Source of the DNA: Pelomyxa schiedti
Lineage: Eukaryota > Protista > Evosea
Reading direction: 5' to 3'
Length of the DNA stretch: 64,000 nucleotides
Assembly: GCA_020536535.1 (NCBI GenBank)
Contig: JAHLWZ010000858.1
Location: 6,582-70,581, forward strand
The first letter of the stretch is position 1. Each line of letters begins with the position of its first letter. The translations under genes were made by a program, and so were the position numbers. Positions 22,512 through 34,141 of the stretch are shown here, one piece after another. The notes below the pieces were generated by a model. That model was not told where the DNA came from. It did not search any database and was given only the letters and a program-made list of their open reading frames with translations.

Positions 22512-24172
22512 ATGCAGAGCCCACCACTGCGCGCAGCCCTTCAGCAGCAGCCTCAGCAGCAACAACTGGGCTCGGCAGCGGTGCCGCCGCCGCCGGCCGC
22601 GGGCCCCCCGTCCCTGCCCGAGGGCGTGGCGGCGCCGCTGCGGACGCTGCGGCTGCGGGCGGTCGGCATGCGCGACTGCGTGGGCAAGGCCACGGCGATG
22701 CTGGCGCAGCCCAGCGCGCGCCCGGCCTGGGGCGACCTCCTGGCCCAGTACGAGTCGCTGTGCTGCGACTTTGTCAACAACCTCGCGTGCCTCAGCAGCC
22801 ACGTCGTCAAGAACCCCGACCGCCCCGGCGCCGAGCCCACCGTCGAGGGCCTCGCCCACTACTTCGTGGTCCCGCAGTGCCCCGCGTCCTCCTCCTCCTC
22901 CTCGTCCTCTGCTTCCTCCTCATCTCTGGACCAGCAGCAACAGCAGCAGCAGCAGGGATCGCCGTTGACGCCGACGTCGTTGATGATGATGCAGCAGCAG
23001 GCCAACAACCAGTTTGACTTCGAGAGATGCTCGCACTCTTTCTTCCCCCTAAAACACAAATATCTGCACCTGTCCCATAACTTACTTATTACTGAGGCTG
23101 AGGCGTATTGCTTATATGTACATAATAGTAGTAATGTTCGTTTGCGATGGCAGAAAGCAATGCACATTTCACTCAAAAAAATCCCATGAACAGCCAATAC
23201 TTTATTTTAATAATTCTGTGCACACTGTGCTGACCTGTTTTTAAGTACCTCCGTTATTATCTTCTAAACCGGACCTGGATATGGAGTTGAACGAGAAAAA
23301 TATCATAAATAAAGAATTTGCCAGCTATTCCACCCACCTTGTGGTATTTATCATTCTTGAATAAGTGTAACTTTCTTACGTGTATATGTAGTACCACATT
23401 GGTACCCACAACATGCTTGCTGTGGACCTTGCACACAGCAAAGACCTGTTTCAAAAATTTTTGGATCAAGTTGATGCAAAAGCAAAAGAAAGGTTAAATA
23501 CAGCTCCTCGATCTGATCCTCCCTCCCCGATGTTGGTAGGAATGTTTGCTGCAACCCAGTTTGGAATTGGTACAACAGGCTACTCTCATTTCTCCCTGTA
23601 ATGATAAAAAGATCCTCGTCCTGCTATTGTTCATGAACGACAGCCAGTAATACATGCAAAACCACCTCATATCTCAATCCCACCGCAGCAACAAATCACA
23701 GGACACGGACTTCCGGCCCAAGCCATGCAAATGATGTACACACAAAATGAGGTCCATCCTGGGACTTATCCTCCCCACCTCACACAACAGTATGCACAAT
23801 ATAACTCCGGCCGTGTGGCTCCTATGCCTATGGCCATGTCGCTTCCACCAGGATCCATGCCACAAAGTCTTCCACCAAGTGGACTAGCTCAAGGAATTCC
23901 ACAGGGAATGATGCCGGGAATGCAACCCGGGACTGCTGTGCAGCCCGGAAACGTGGCAATGCCTGTTGCAATGCAAACAAACATGGCTCCAGTTATGCCC
24001 TCTGGATTTTCAGGGATGCCTACAGGTATGCCTCAACCGGCAACCATGCCTGGAATGATGCAATACACAACAAATGTTATGACAAATCCCCACACTCCGT
24101 ATGTAACTTTCCCCAATCACTTTTCTCTAATGACCACCTAGACCAAACTACCGAAAAATGGGCCGATCATAA
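22512..24172 (+). CDS. MED8: Mediator subunit 8
   Basis: PAWGDLLAQYESL...LAHYFVVP and downstream exon PPLLSSKPDLDMELNEKN match MED8 hallmarks (W..vL.qf / P..LssK..pemE). Met/Pro/Gln-rich C-terminal tail. Confidence 0.75.
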
Positions 24173-24227
24173 AACAAGATAGGCAGTTGAGAATAAAATG
24201 AATATAAAGACGTTTTGTGTTTTATGG

Positions 24228-24859
24228 TCATAGGAACAATCCCAACAAAGATAGGGCAAGGAGTGAAGCAACTGGAACCAACCCTGGTGCAGCAGAGAAA
24301 TGTTTGCAAAAAACAGCACCACCAGTTGTTCCATAGCACCCAGAATTGATGTCCTTTCGGCAAACAGCACAACCATAATTGGAGTTGCATCCACAACATT
24401 CCCAGATTGAAGGGTCAAAGCATGTGTAGTATCCAGCAGCACTTAGGGTGGGTGGGGAAAAAAAAAATAAAAGTGCATGGTCAGGTGCTGTGTGGGCTAT
24501 GGAATTGGAGAAGTTTGTCAAAGAACATACTTTCCGCTTGCTCCTGGGTAGCAGTACTGCCTTGTTGAATCACAGCAGCACATCCAAGTTCCATTGCCAC
24601 AGGCATAACTGGCTGGGCACCCATTGTCCTCACCAGTTGCCTTTTTTTTGTTTGTTTGTTTGTTTGTTTATTTGTTAGTCGTTGCAGGCTAATAAAAGCA
24701 TGAAATAATTAAAAACAGAGAAGGGGGGAGCACCATTGCCACGGTGGCGTCGTAAATGGCACCTTCCAATCCTGGTTCCAGTTGCTCGAAGTAATCGTCT
24801 GCAACAACGCAGAGCGCCATCGCCGCAACAAATAAAACGCAGCGCCAAGAACAACTCAT
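24228..24859 (-). CDS. Small secreted, probably GPI-anchored Cys-rich protein
   Basis: Signal peptide MSCSWRCVLFVAAMALCVVA, Cys-rich core (CPASYACGNGTWMCCCDSTRQYCYPG..CFDPSIWECCGCNSNYGCAVC..C..C), GPI-like tail SAAPGLVPVASLLALSLLGLFL. Confidence 0.7.
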
Positions 24860-25295
24860 TGTGGGAAGCGGCCTAAGGGAAAAAAAAACAAGTTGGGACG
24901 GCGCAGGGGGCGGGGTGGCGTGGCGTGGGAAATTCGATTAGAGACGAAAGTGGTGCCGCACCTGTTTGATTATTACAGTTGTTTTTTTTTTCCTTTTGGT
25001 TCTGGTTTGATCGGGGCAAATCTTTCGAAGACTACGAACCTGTTTATGTGAAATGGGAATTCTCATCGCTTGGTAGATCCACAATGAAACCAGTCTGAGG
25101 AGCTTCCGCTGGGAATGTATCGGGGGTTCTCGTGTCTCGTCGCCCTTCAATGAGCAGTCTGTGAGCCTGGCATGCCCAGATCTGAGTAGTTTTTCGAGAA
25201 ACCATACTTAGGCGTCTTCCAGTTTTCTCGCTTGAACCAACAAACTTGAAGAAACACGCCCGTAACAAGAAAAAAACCCCAAGGGCCGCAGTACA

Positions 25296-27694
25296 ATGGA
25301 CACGCTAAAGAAACACGTATGCTTTTTGTTCTCACCCTCTTCCGTTCTTATGTCGTTGTGTTCGATTTGGGCTATGCATGCCATTGTCTGACTTCATTTT
25401 TTTGGGTTTTTTTTTTTTTAATCAAAAAAAAAAAGCTTCCTGGCCATCGTCGCGATGCACATGAACACCAAGCTTTAATTGCTGGCCCACCGGAGATTAG
25501 GCGTGAGGACATTATATTCAACCCAACAACTGACAAGCTTGGTGGTGGAGCCTATGGTGACGTTTACAAAGGTGAATTCGTTTCCATTTCATTAATTTGA
25601 TTTAAACATAAAAACAACCCGTAACCACTGTTAATGATAAATGGAACCACCTGCGTAAGTTTAACCGATTCCCCTTTAGCCATTGTCTCTGGAATCCCTG
25701 TTGCTATTAAGGTACCAAAGAAGCAACTGTGGAGCAGTCCTGAGGAGTTGGCTGCTTTTAAAGAGGAAGTTAGAATTCTCAAGTATATTTCTCCAAATGT
25801 ACCTGCTCAATGCTTACAATATGCAGGAGTATATTCCATACCAATGTGGTTCTCTTTCTTGGTACTATTTGTAAGTCCATTGTATTCTTTTTAACTTTAC
25901 CACAGGAGCCTGCACTGCAGAGAGTAACGTCATGATTGTTTTAGAGAAAATGCTTTGCGATGCTGAGAAGATTCTTCACAATCCAGCTAGTGTACCAGTT
26001 GAATTGCAAAGATATGTACAAGGTGGCCTTTCCTTACAGAATAAACTTAAAATGGCGCATGACACAGTATGTTCCAAAAACATTGTTTTATTGAAATGTA
26101 TTCATCATTTCGTAGGCATTGGGTATTGCATGGCTCCATAACATTGCCCATCTTGTCCATAGGTCATAATGTAGTGTTGTGTTTTTCCTCTCATTCCTCT
26201 CAGAGATCTCAAACCTGCCAATTTGTTACTTGATGCCCATTTCAATGTTAAGGTAGTGATACCATTCTTTGTTCGTTTTCACCCACACCAATAGGTGTCT
26301 GATTTTGGCTTCAGCCAATTCTTCCAAGCTGGAAAGAACAGCATTTCATCAAAGGAGCCAGTCAAGGGAACCAGTAAGCCACCTTGCCCTTTCCTCCTAG
26401 TAAGAAAGCTTTATTTCAGAACTGTACTTGGCTCCGGAGGTGTGGCATTCCACACCGGCCTCTACAGCGTCGGATATGTATGTACTATTCCTTTCTGATT
26501 TTCTTTAACACTTGTAGTTATGCATTTGGGCTGATATTATGGGAAATTTACACTGAAGAAGAACTCTTCAACAACTATACTGAAGTTGAGCCTTTTTACA
26601 GAGATGTCATCCTCAACGGACTTCGACCGACAATTCCACCCAATGTTCCTCACCCCCACGCTTCTAATCCACCACCAGCCAGTCCCACTCTACCATCTCT
26701 GGTAAGTCACCCAGGTACAACCTTTCATTAAGAGAAAAATAGGTGACCCTAATGACAACCTGCTGGGACGCAAATCCAGCAAAGGTTCTTCTTATTTTAC
26801 CTTGCTTCACAATCTAACTGTCTCTCACCAGAGACCCAACATTTCACAAGTACTGGAGCAGCTGGAGACTGTCATGATTGAAAGCGAAATTTCCTCCCCA
26901 CTAGCTCGCACTTTTTGGAAGAAACACTTTGGCTCACTTAGTGGTGCGACAACAGGTCTTCAAAGCATGGTTCCTTGGGACCACTTCTCCGCTGTCTTAG
27001 CCCAGGAGTCACATGTGCCAGCAGTCAATTTCCGCGAAATCGAGAAGATTGCGTGTGGTGAGCCACCCTCGGCACGTTCCTTTCAAAAGCCTTTTCTTAT
27101 CCCCTTGCAGAAGATACAACCGCGGTTACCATGTTGAGGTTTGATCTCATGCAAAAATGGTTTGGTGACTTCTGGCTCCCAGAAAATGTTCATCTTCTCC
27201 AGGAAGTATGCCTCGTCAATTAAAAATCTCCTTTCTTACCTGTGCCTAGATGAACCTACTTGCTAGCCAACTGTAATCCAGTTGTTTATTTCTTCAACTT
27301 ACCATGAATCACACAGGTGGTTTGCTCCTTTTGCAACCAAAGAGGATTCCGACTCTTGGCTTACCTCTCGCCCACATGGCACTTTCCTTGTTAGGCTGAG
27401 CACCAACTCCCCTACCAGTCACCCAATTACTGTTTCCAGACGACAGGGCAACCAGACATTCCACAGAAGGTTTGTTCCTGTTCATTCCCGTAAATAAAGT
27501 CCTCACCAACAGCTAAATTCAGAGTGAAACGTGTGAGTTACGCCAACGTCCCTCAACGCTATTCCTACGATACTGAGCACTCTCCCAAGCCACTCTTTCA
27601 TGCCTCCATTTTCCAGCTTGTTGAAGAGCTCACACGCTTGGGTGAAATCACTACCCCTTGCCCTCAGTGTGCTGTTGGTGGAGGATACCACTAA
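25296..27694 (+). CDS. shk: SHK-family tyrosine-kinase-like kinase with C-terminal SH2 domain
   Basis: LGGGAYGDVYK, VAIKVP, H|RDLKPANLL, SDFGFS, YLAPEV, FWKKHFG..VPW linker, SH2 GTFLVRLS. The kinase-then-SH2 order is typical of amoebozoan SHKs. Confidence 0.9.
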
Positions 27695-27826
27695 ACCATA
27701 AACATCCAATAAATTAGCAAATAAGTACCAAAAAAAAATAAGTATCTCAGAATGCAAAATGGTATTTTTTGTTTTTGAGGTTTTAAGGTCAACAAACAGG
27801 GAACTCTTTCTGTGTTGGGAGTATTA

Positions 27827-28869
27827 TCAACTCTGAGTGAGAGTGGCGTCAGGCCCGTCGAATGGTGGTCTTACTGGAGACCTCCATAGGAAAGGGGTTG
27901 CAAAAGGGATGAAACGGGTTTTGGCAATGAACTCGGCATTGCTTGTGTTGATGCACGTATCGTCAAAGTATGTTAGGTCCTGTTCGGCGTGTGTCTGTGT
28001 GTTTTGGTCAGTTGATTACGAGGGTATTGAAAGATATAGATTACCTCTGAAGGAGCTGGGTTTGTTGACTGTGAGGTATTGACAGAAGAGTAAGCGAGCT
28101 GCTGTGGTTGCTGTTGTTGCGGTTGCTGTGAGGGTTGTGGTTGTGCTTGTGGTTGCTGCTGCTGCTGCTGCTGCTGTTGTGCATAATATTCAGAGGGGTA
28201 CATAGCTCTAGTTGCCAGTGAAACCTTTTGTGGTTTTTAAAGTGAGAAGCAACGCCCACTTCAAAAGAAGAGCGGAATGGAAGTGACTGTATACATTAGC
28301 AAGAACGAGCGGGTGCATCATGGCTTGGTGAGCCAGAGACAGCGAGTGCAGGAGCTGGACGTGCTGCAGCGGCGACGCCACGTTCTCCGTGGCGGTTGCC
28401 TTCTTCGTGATCGTGCTCACTCTGATTGCCCGGCTGCCGCAGTGCACGCCTGTCATCTCAGATAGGGCGCGCGTGCGCTCTCGTTCGTCGGAGAACCTCA
28501 CGAACCCATAACCTGCGATTTGGTGGGTGGTTGTGGTGGTGCGTCTTGTTAGCACCGCGAAATCCAGGGGCGCAGAGGAGTCACGTGGGGGGAAAGCAAA
28601 GAGAGGGGAAGAAACCTCGGGATTGACCGGTGTGTTGATCGTAAATCACTTTTGCGGACTTGGTCGATGCGTAACGAGATGAAAACAACGTCTACACGAG
28701 CCTGAGTCCACAGGGAGAAAAGTAGTAAGGAGAGAGGTGTTCCCCGGCTGTGAGGGGCGGAGAAAGACAGATTATGGGAGAAGCTTTAACACACTAAAAG
28801 AGTGATGTCGTTCACGTCACCAGCGAGATCCCCGACAAACAACCCATAGTCGTTATCCCGGTCCGCCAT
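27827..28869 (-). CDS. Single-RRM RNA-binding protein of the TRNAU1AP/Nam8/RBP45 family
   Basis: LFVGDLAGDVND, SAKVIYDQHTGQSR|GYGFVRFSDERERTRALSEMTG, polyQ tract, C-terminal DTCINTSNAEFIAK resembling the TRNAU1AP tail. Confidence 0.8.
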
Positions 28870-29111
28870 CCTTTTTTTTTTTTCTTGTGATTTCGGCTTT
28901 GGGTTGAGAGCGGTCACTTGGACCTGACGCCCCCTCACTGCCCTCCGTCGATACTTCTCGACGGCATGGTGTAAATCGAAGAGTATCACAGTGCAATTGG
29001 GGTTTGGGGAACTGTGTGGGTCACAAGTTGTCACGGCAACCAACTTGGTGAAGGAGCCGTTCGGTACAACAAACGAAGTCCCCCCACAACAAGCGAAAGA
29101 AATTAGTTGAG

Positions 29112-30497
29112 ATGCCACACTGGAAGGGGTCGCAGCTGTCACGACACCAACTCAGGCAACAAACAAACAAGAAGCCCACAAAGTCGTTCAACTCATCAAA
29201 AGGGAGCGCAGGCACATCACGTCTCCCTGTGAAACACAAAAAGGAGCTCGAATTTGTAGAGAAGATGAAGCACGAAGAGGCCCTCAAAAATGTGGACCCA
29301 CTCGAGAGCCTGCCTGTGGCACCAGTTCTGAGTTGCGTTTTGGTTGAAAGGGTGATTGCAAATGACGTGGATGCAACTGTGCAGGTCGGGAAGTACTTGG
29401 TTAAGCTGACGAAGCGCCCATGGGACCTTCTCTTCCCCCTCTCCAGGTTTGGTGATGACCCGGATTTTCTCCACTGGGTTTGTATACACGAATACACCGA
29501 AAACATGTGTGTGGAGCTCCTGACTGAGGCCCTCAGGGCTGGGAATGGAATGGCTGCTGTGTGCCTCGCTGAATACAACTTCAAGAGAGGAGACAATGAA
29601 GCGGCCGTGAGGTTCCTCCATGAACCTGCTGCTCTGGCGGTCGGCAAGTGCCACTTGTTGTTGGCGAGATGTTATTCAACTGGTGACAAAGGCCTGCCGA
29701 AGGACTTGTGCAAAGCTGTCGAGGAATTCCGCAAAGCAAATTGCTTTGATGCGTCGATGGAACTTGCCGGGCTGTGCAACCAGGTGTGCGACTGGCGTGG
29801 GGCAATTGAAGCTTATCACAGTGCAATTGGGTTCAAGGACTGTGATGCCACGGCGGTCCTGAAGGGAGTCAGAGGCATGTTACCTAAGGATCGCGATCCA
29901 GACAGCTGGCCGAGCTGGATAAAAGAAAAGGTTTCCAAGGTACTCGAGTTATGTGTGGCACTTTCCCACCGAGTGACGAGTGCCAGCAGCATGCTGCAAG
30001 TCGTTTCAGTTCTGATGCTTTTTGGTGGGAAGAAGCGGAACTTCTCCAAGTCACTTGACCTCTGCCTGGCTGCTCAAAAGCTGCCCTGTCAGGCTCCGGT
30101 TACGGAACCATGGTTGAAGGGACTGCTGACATCCTGGGGTGATGACACAGCAACCAAGTGCACACTTGAAGTGTGCACACAAGTTCTGTCACGAGTTGTG
30201 AACGACCAGGAGAGAATCACAACATTCCTGCTTGGGCACAACCCTCGATGTGGTGGTGGTTCATTTGTTTGGCGACTTCCTCAGTTTGTTGTTGGTGACA
30301 TTGTGATTATGCTCTGGGTTCAGAACTTTGGCACCCTCAACATAGTACTTTCCCAACTGTCTGGTTCTTTCTGGGGTAGTCTTGACTACCAGTGCTCATA
30401 CCACCAGTTTGGTGCAGGAAAGAGCGGTCTGATTAATTGGCTGCTGGGCAAGGTCTCCTTGCTAAAACCGCTCAAAATAAACACAAAAAAAACCTGA
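29112..30497 (+). CDS. Intronless Sel1-like/TPR repeat protein, tandem copy 1
   Basis: AAVCLAEYNFKRGDNEAAVRFL; LLARCYSTGDKGLPKDLCKAVEEFRKA (Sel1). C-terminal LGHNPRCGGGSFVWRLP motif. Confidence 0.85.
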   Translation: MPHWKGSQLSRHQLRQQTNKKPTKSFNSSKGSAGTSRLPVKHKKELEFVEKMKHEEALKNVDPLESLPVAPVLSCVLVERVIANDVDATVQVGKYLVKLTKRPWDLLFPLSRFGDDPDFLHWVCIHEYTENMCVELLTEALRAGNGMAAVCLAEYNFKRGDNEAAVRFLHEPAALAVGKCHLLLARCYSTGDKGLPKDLCKAVEEFRKANCFDASMELAGLCNQVCDWRGAIEAYHSAIGFKDCDATAVLKGVRGMLPKDRDPDSWPSWIKEKVSKVLELCVALSHRVTSASSMLQVVSVLMLFGGKKRNFSKSLDLCLAAQKLPCQAPVTEPWLKGLLTSWGDDTATKCTLEVCTQVLSRVVNDQERITTFLLGHNPRCGGGSFVWRLPQFVVGDIVIMLWVQNFGTLNIVLSQLSGSFWGSLDYQCSYHQFGAGKSGLINWLLGKVSLLKPLKINTKKT

Positions 30498-30658
30498 AAA
30501 TTGCAATTGAAAGTGCTTGTAATAAATATGCTCCTCTTCCTCTGTGCAAGTAACTTGTCGGCCTGACAAGTTGTGTGCAGTAAACCAAATTGGAATCCAG
30601 CAGAGTTTTCTTGAACCGACTCGATTTTGAGAAAAAGAAAGCAGGAAAAAAAACCTGG

Positions 30659-32053
30659 ATGCCACACTGGAAAGGGTCGCAGTTGTCACGACACCAACTC
30701 AGGCAACAAACAAACAAGAAGCCCACAAAGTCATTCAACTCATCAAAAGCCGGCGCAGGCACATCACGACTCTCAGCAACGAAACGCAAGCCGGAGCTCG
30801 ACATCCGAGAGAAGAGGCACCAAAACCATCTCCAGCACAAAGAGGCAGTAAAAAATGTGGATCAACTCGAGAGCCTACCGGTGGCACCAGTTCTGGGTGG
30901 TGTTTTGGTTGAAATGGTGATGGCAAATGACGTGGATGCAACCGCGCAGGTCGGGAAGTACTTGGTTAAGATTGCGGTGGCCGAACCTGATTGGCGTTAC
31001 CTGATGCGCCTCTTTGTTTACCTAGATCTTTTCTCTCACTTTCTGGATCCGCAGCTCTTTCGGGGCTCGTCCTCAGATTACAAAACGCACAGCCGAAACA
31101 TGTGTGTGGAGCTCCTGACCGAGGCCCTCAGGGCTGGGAATGGAATGGCTGCTGTGTGCCTCGCTGAATACAACTTCAAGAGAGGAGACAACGAAGCAGC
31201 CATGAGGTTCCTCCACGAACCTGCTGCTCTGGCGGTCGGCAAGTGCCACTTGTTGTTGGCGAGATGTTATTCAACTGGTGACAAAGGCCTGCCGAAGGAC
31301 TTGTGCAAAGCTGTCGAGGAATTCCGCAAAGCAAATTGCTTTGATGCGTCGATGGAACTTGCCGGGCTGTGCAACCAGGTGTGCGACTGGCGTGGGGCAA
31401 TTGAAGCTTATCACAGTGCAATTGGGTTCAAGGACTGTGATGCCACGGCGGTCCTGAAGGGAGTCAGAGGCATGTTGCCAGAGGATAACAGGGCAGAGAA
31501 ATGGAAAAGGTGGGAGGAAGAAAAAGTGCACATGCTCCTTGAACTGTTTGAGAAAATTTCCCAACGGACGACCAGTACCAGCAGCATGTTGCAAGTCATT
31601 TCAGTTCTGATGCTTTTTGGTGGGAAGAAGCGGAACTTCTCCAAGTCACTTGACCTCTGCCTGGCTGCCCAAAAGCTGCCCTGTCAGGCAACAGTCAAAG
31701 AACAACGGTTACAGGAACTACTGGGATCCTGGGGTGCTGACACAGCAACCAAGTGCACACTTGAAGTGTGCACACAAGTTCTGTCACGAGTTGTGAACGA
31801 TCAGGAGAGAATCACAAGTTTCCTGCTTGGGCACAACCCTCGGTGTGGTCGTGGTTCATTTGTTTGGCGACTTCCTCAGTTTGTTGTTGGTGACATTGTG
31901 ATGATGCTCTGGGTCCAGAACTTCCACACTGTGGACTTGTTGCTTTCTGAGCTAATTTTTAGGCAAAAACGGAGAGATGCAATGAGAATGTGGGATAGTT
32001 CATCATCCTGCGAGCTCAGTTGGAGTGTGCCCCACAGTACCTTCGTTATGTAA
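30659..32053 (+). CDS. Intronless Sel1-like/TPR repeat protein, tandem copy 2
   Basis: Same MPHWKGSQLSRHQLRQ start (ATG 30659) and a near-identical Sel1 core to copy 1. Confidence 0.85.
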   Translation: MPHWKGSQLSRHQLRQQTNKKPTKSFNSSKAGAGTSRLSATKRKPELDIREKRHQNHLQHKEAVKNVDQLESLPVAPVLGGVLVEMVMANDVDATAQVGKYLVKIAVAEPDWRYLMRLFVYLDLFSHFLDPQLFRGSSSDYKTHSRNMCVELLTEALRAGNGMAAVCLAEYNFKRGDNEAAMRFLHEPAALAVGKCHLLLARCYSTGDKGLPKDLCKAVEEFRKANCFDASMELAGLCNQVCDWRGAIEAYHSAIGFKDCDATAVLKGVRGMLPEDNRAEKWKRWEEEKVHMLLELFEKISQRTTSTSSMLQVISVLMLFGGKKRNFSKSLDLCLAAQKLPCQATVKEQRLQELLGSWGADTATKCTLEVCTQVLSRVVNDQERITSFLLGHNPRCGRGSFVWRLPQFVVGDIVMMLWVQNFHTVDLLLSELIFRQKRRDAMRMWDSSSSCELSWSVPHSTFVM

Positions 32054-32209
32054 AAATGGATGAATTTTTTTTTCTTTCATCTTTCTCAACACCTTCGAGA
32101 CATTTGTGCCTTCCCTGTTGACACCCTACCCAGTCTTTCATCTCGGCTCAGCCCCCAACCCGCCCTTACACTTTTCTGCAAAAAGATTTGCATTCTGATC
32201 ACAGAGCCA

Positions 32210-34041
32210 ATGAACGCAGGCAGGACGAGACGCGGCACCGAACTGTTCACAACCCAGCAGCAGTGCAGGGACCCACCGCCCAACCACTTCTCCGCCGAGG
32301 TGCAGAAGAAGCTCGACAAGCAGCAGACCGCCTCGCCGCGCACTCGCACCGGCGCCCGCAGCAGCCGGGCCCCTCCCGCCGCGCCCCCCGCCCCGGCCCC
32401 GACCCCGACCCCGACCCCGGCCCCTGCCCCCCCCGCCCAGCTCTCGTCCTTTCCCCTTCTTCGCTCCCCCAGCCCCGCAAATGGCGCAAGCAGGAGCAGG
32501 GGCCGCTACCTCGCGGCTACAGCCGCTACGACGACTAGCACGGCCACCCCGGGGGGCGCGAGGACCGGCACCGCCGCGTCTGCGCCGACGCGGCCCCAGG
32601 CGGGGCCCCCGAGCCCAAAACGCCCGCGGAAAAGCCCCTGGCCGCCAGGCAAAATTAAAGTCGAGCCGCGTGTATACGAGAGTGGGAGTGAGAGCTACGG
32701 CGAGAGCGAGAGTGATAGTGGAAGTGGAAGTGGAAGTGCCAGTGAAAGTGGGAGTGATATTGATACTGAGGGTAATGTCCGTACACTGGTGAAAAGAGAG
32801 AACCTGGCTGAGGAAAATGAAGAAGAACAACGACAACGACAACAGCAGCAGCAAGCTCAGGCAGTGTCAAATAGTAATGATTGGAGTAGCGGGTTTAGGA
32901 GAGATAGTGGGTTCTCTGAGTTTGTGGCAGGTTTGGAATATAGTGTGGAGGACCCCAGTTGCATTGAGCTAGAGGAGGAGGATAAAGAAGCGGGGAGGAG
33001 TGGATGTGGAAGTGCAGTAGTGAGAAGCGGGTGTGGGGACAATAGTGAAGAGATAAACTTGGATGATCAGGAAAAGGAAGTAGAAAACAAAGAAGAGGGC
33101 GAGAAAGAAACCAATTGCGAGATAGAGACAGATACCATTAAAAAAAAAGGAGAAGTGACATCCAAAGATTTTTTAGAATATGCCAAAAAAAAGCAGTTCT
33201 TGATATGGCTGACACAGGAATTTCTCGCTCGTTCGTATCACAGTATGCTTCCATAGATTGCTTTTTCTTTCCCCTTACAGTTCTTAGAAACAACTAGTAC
33301 AGGAAAACATATTAAACATTGGGTGGCGTTATCCAATATATTGGAGCGTTTAGGTTTTTTCCACTGCACCCGAGATGTCATAATGACACAGTTCAACCAT
33401 ATAGGTAAATATCTTTTTTTTTCCTTTTTGCTTTTTTTTTATACTTTGCATACTTCGTAACAGATTGGAAGCTTTTTATCAACCTTCCTTGTACTTATGA
33501 CAGAAATGAGTTATGGTATAAATACGTACCTGATCACAGCTTGGAAGACGTGTGTTGATTGCAGGGCGGATTAACTTTAATAAAACCCCAGGTTGAAGAC
33601 CTATTGGCACCATTGGAGCCAACAGTAATTATCAGGTTTTTTTGCGTGTTACTTACACCACATAGAGAGAGCCCATGCCTTCATATAAAGAGGTTCTGGA
33701 CTGCATGCAAAAACAACAACAGAGGATTATTGATTGCTTAAACGGATTCCAACAACAGTGGTCCGATTGGGCTAAGCAAGTTGATGCAAAGTAAGACTGT
33801 ATTGTTATCTTCCAGTTACTAATGTCAATGCAAACAAAAGACTTGGAACCCACTTTCCAAAAGTTGAACCATGTCTCGCCATTAAACTGTAAGTCTTGAG
33901 AGTTCTCACCAAGCCTAATTTAATTTTCTAGTGAGCCAAAGAACAAGAAGACTTAGCTGCTTCCGAAAGTATTTCCGACATTTAATTCCACAAGGCCAGA
34001 TTTTCGGGCAGGATCGTGCTCACTATCTCCCACATTTTTGA
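32210..34041 (+). CDS. Hypothetical nuclear protein, long low-complexity N-terminus + helical C-terminal domain (multi-exon)
   Basis: P/T/A-rich and acidic exon 1 with NLS-like SPKRPRKS. Downstream GT-AG exons splice to ...RLSCFRKYFRHLIPQGQIFGQDRAHYLPHF-stop. Confidence 0.55.
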
Positions 34042-34141
34042 AAGAACAAAAGACCTCACCATCATCTTGGGCTTTGCTGGCCCACAAAACTCCTTGAAAA
34101 CAAACAACAAAAAAAGGTGTTTTTTTCCCCATGTTAGTCTT

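Noticed and set aside
22326-23017. Several overlapping long ORFs around MED8 exon 1
   Set aside because: Shadow ORFs caused by high GC. Only one frame has MED8 motifs.
23030-23247. Possible H/ACA snoRNA in the long MED8 intron
   Set aside because: Hairpin and ACA-like words exist, but the spacing does not fit a two-hairpin H/ACA structure.
25204-25215. ATACTTA, U1 snRNA-like start
   Set aside because: It is not followed by CCTG, and there is no Sm site or U1 stems.
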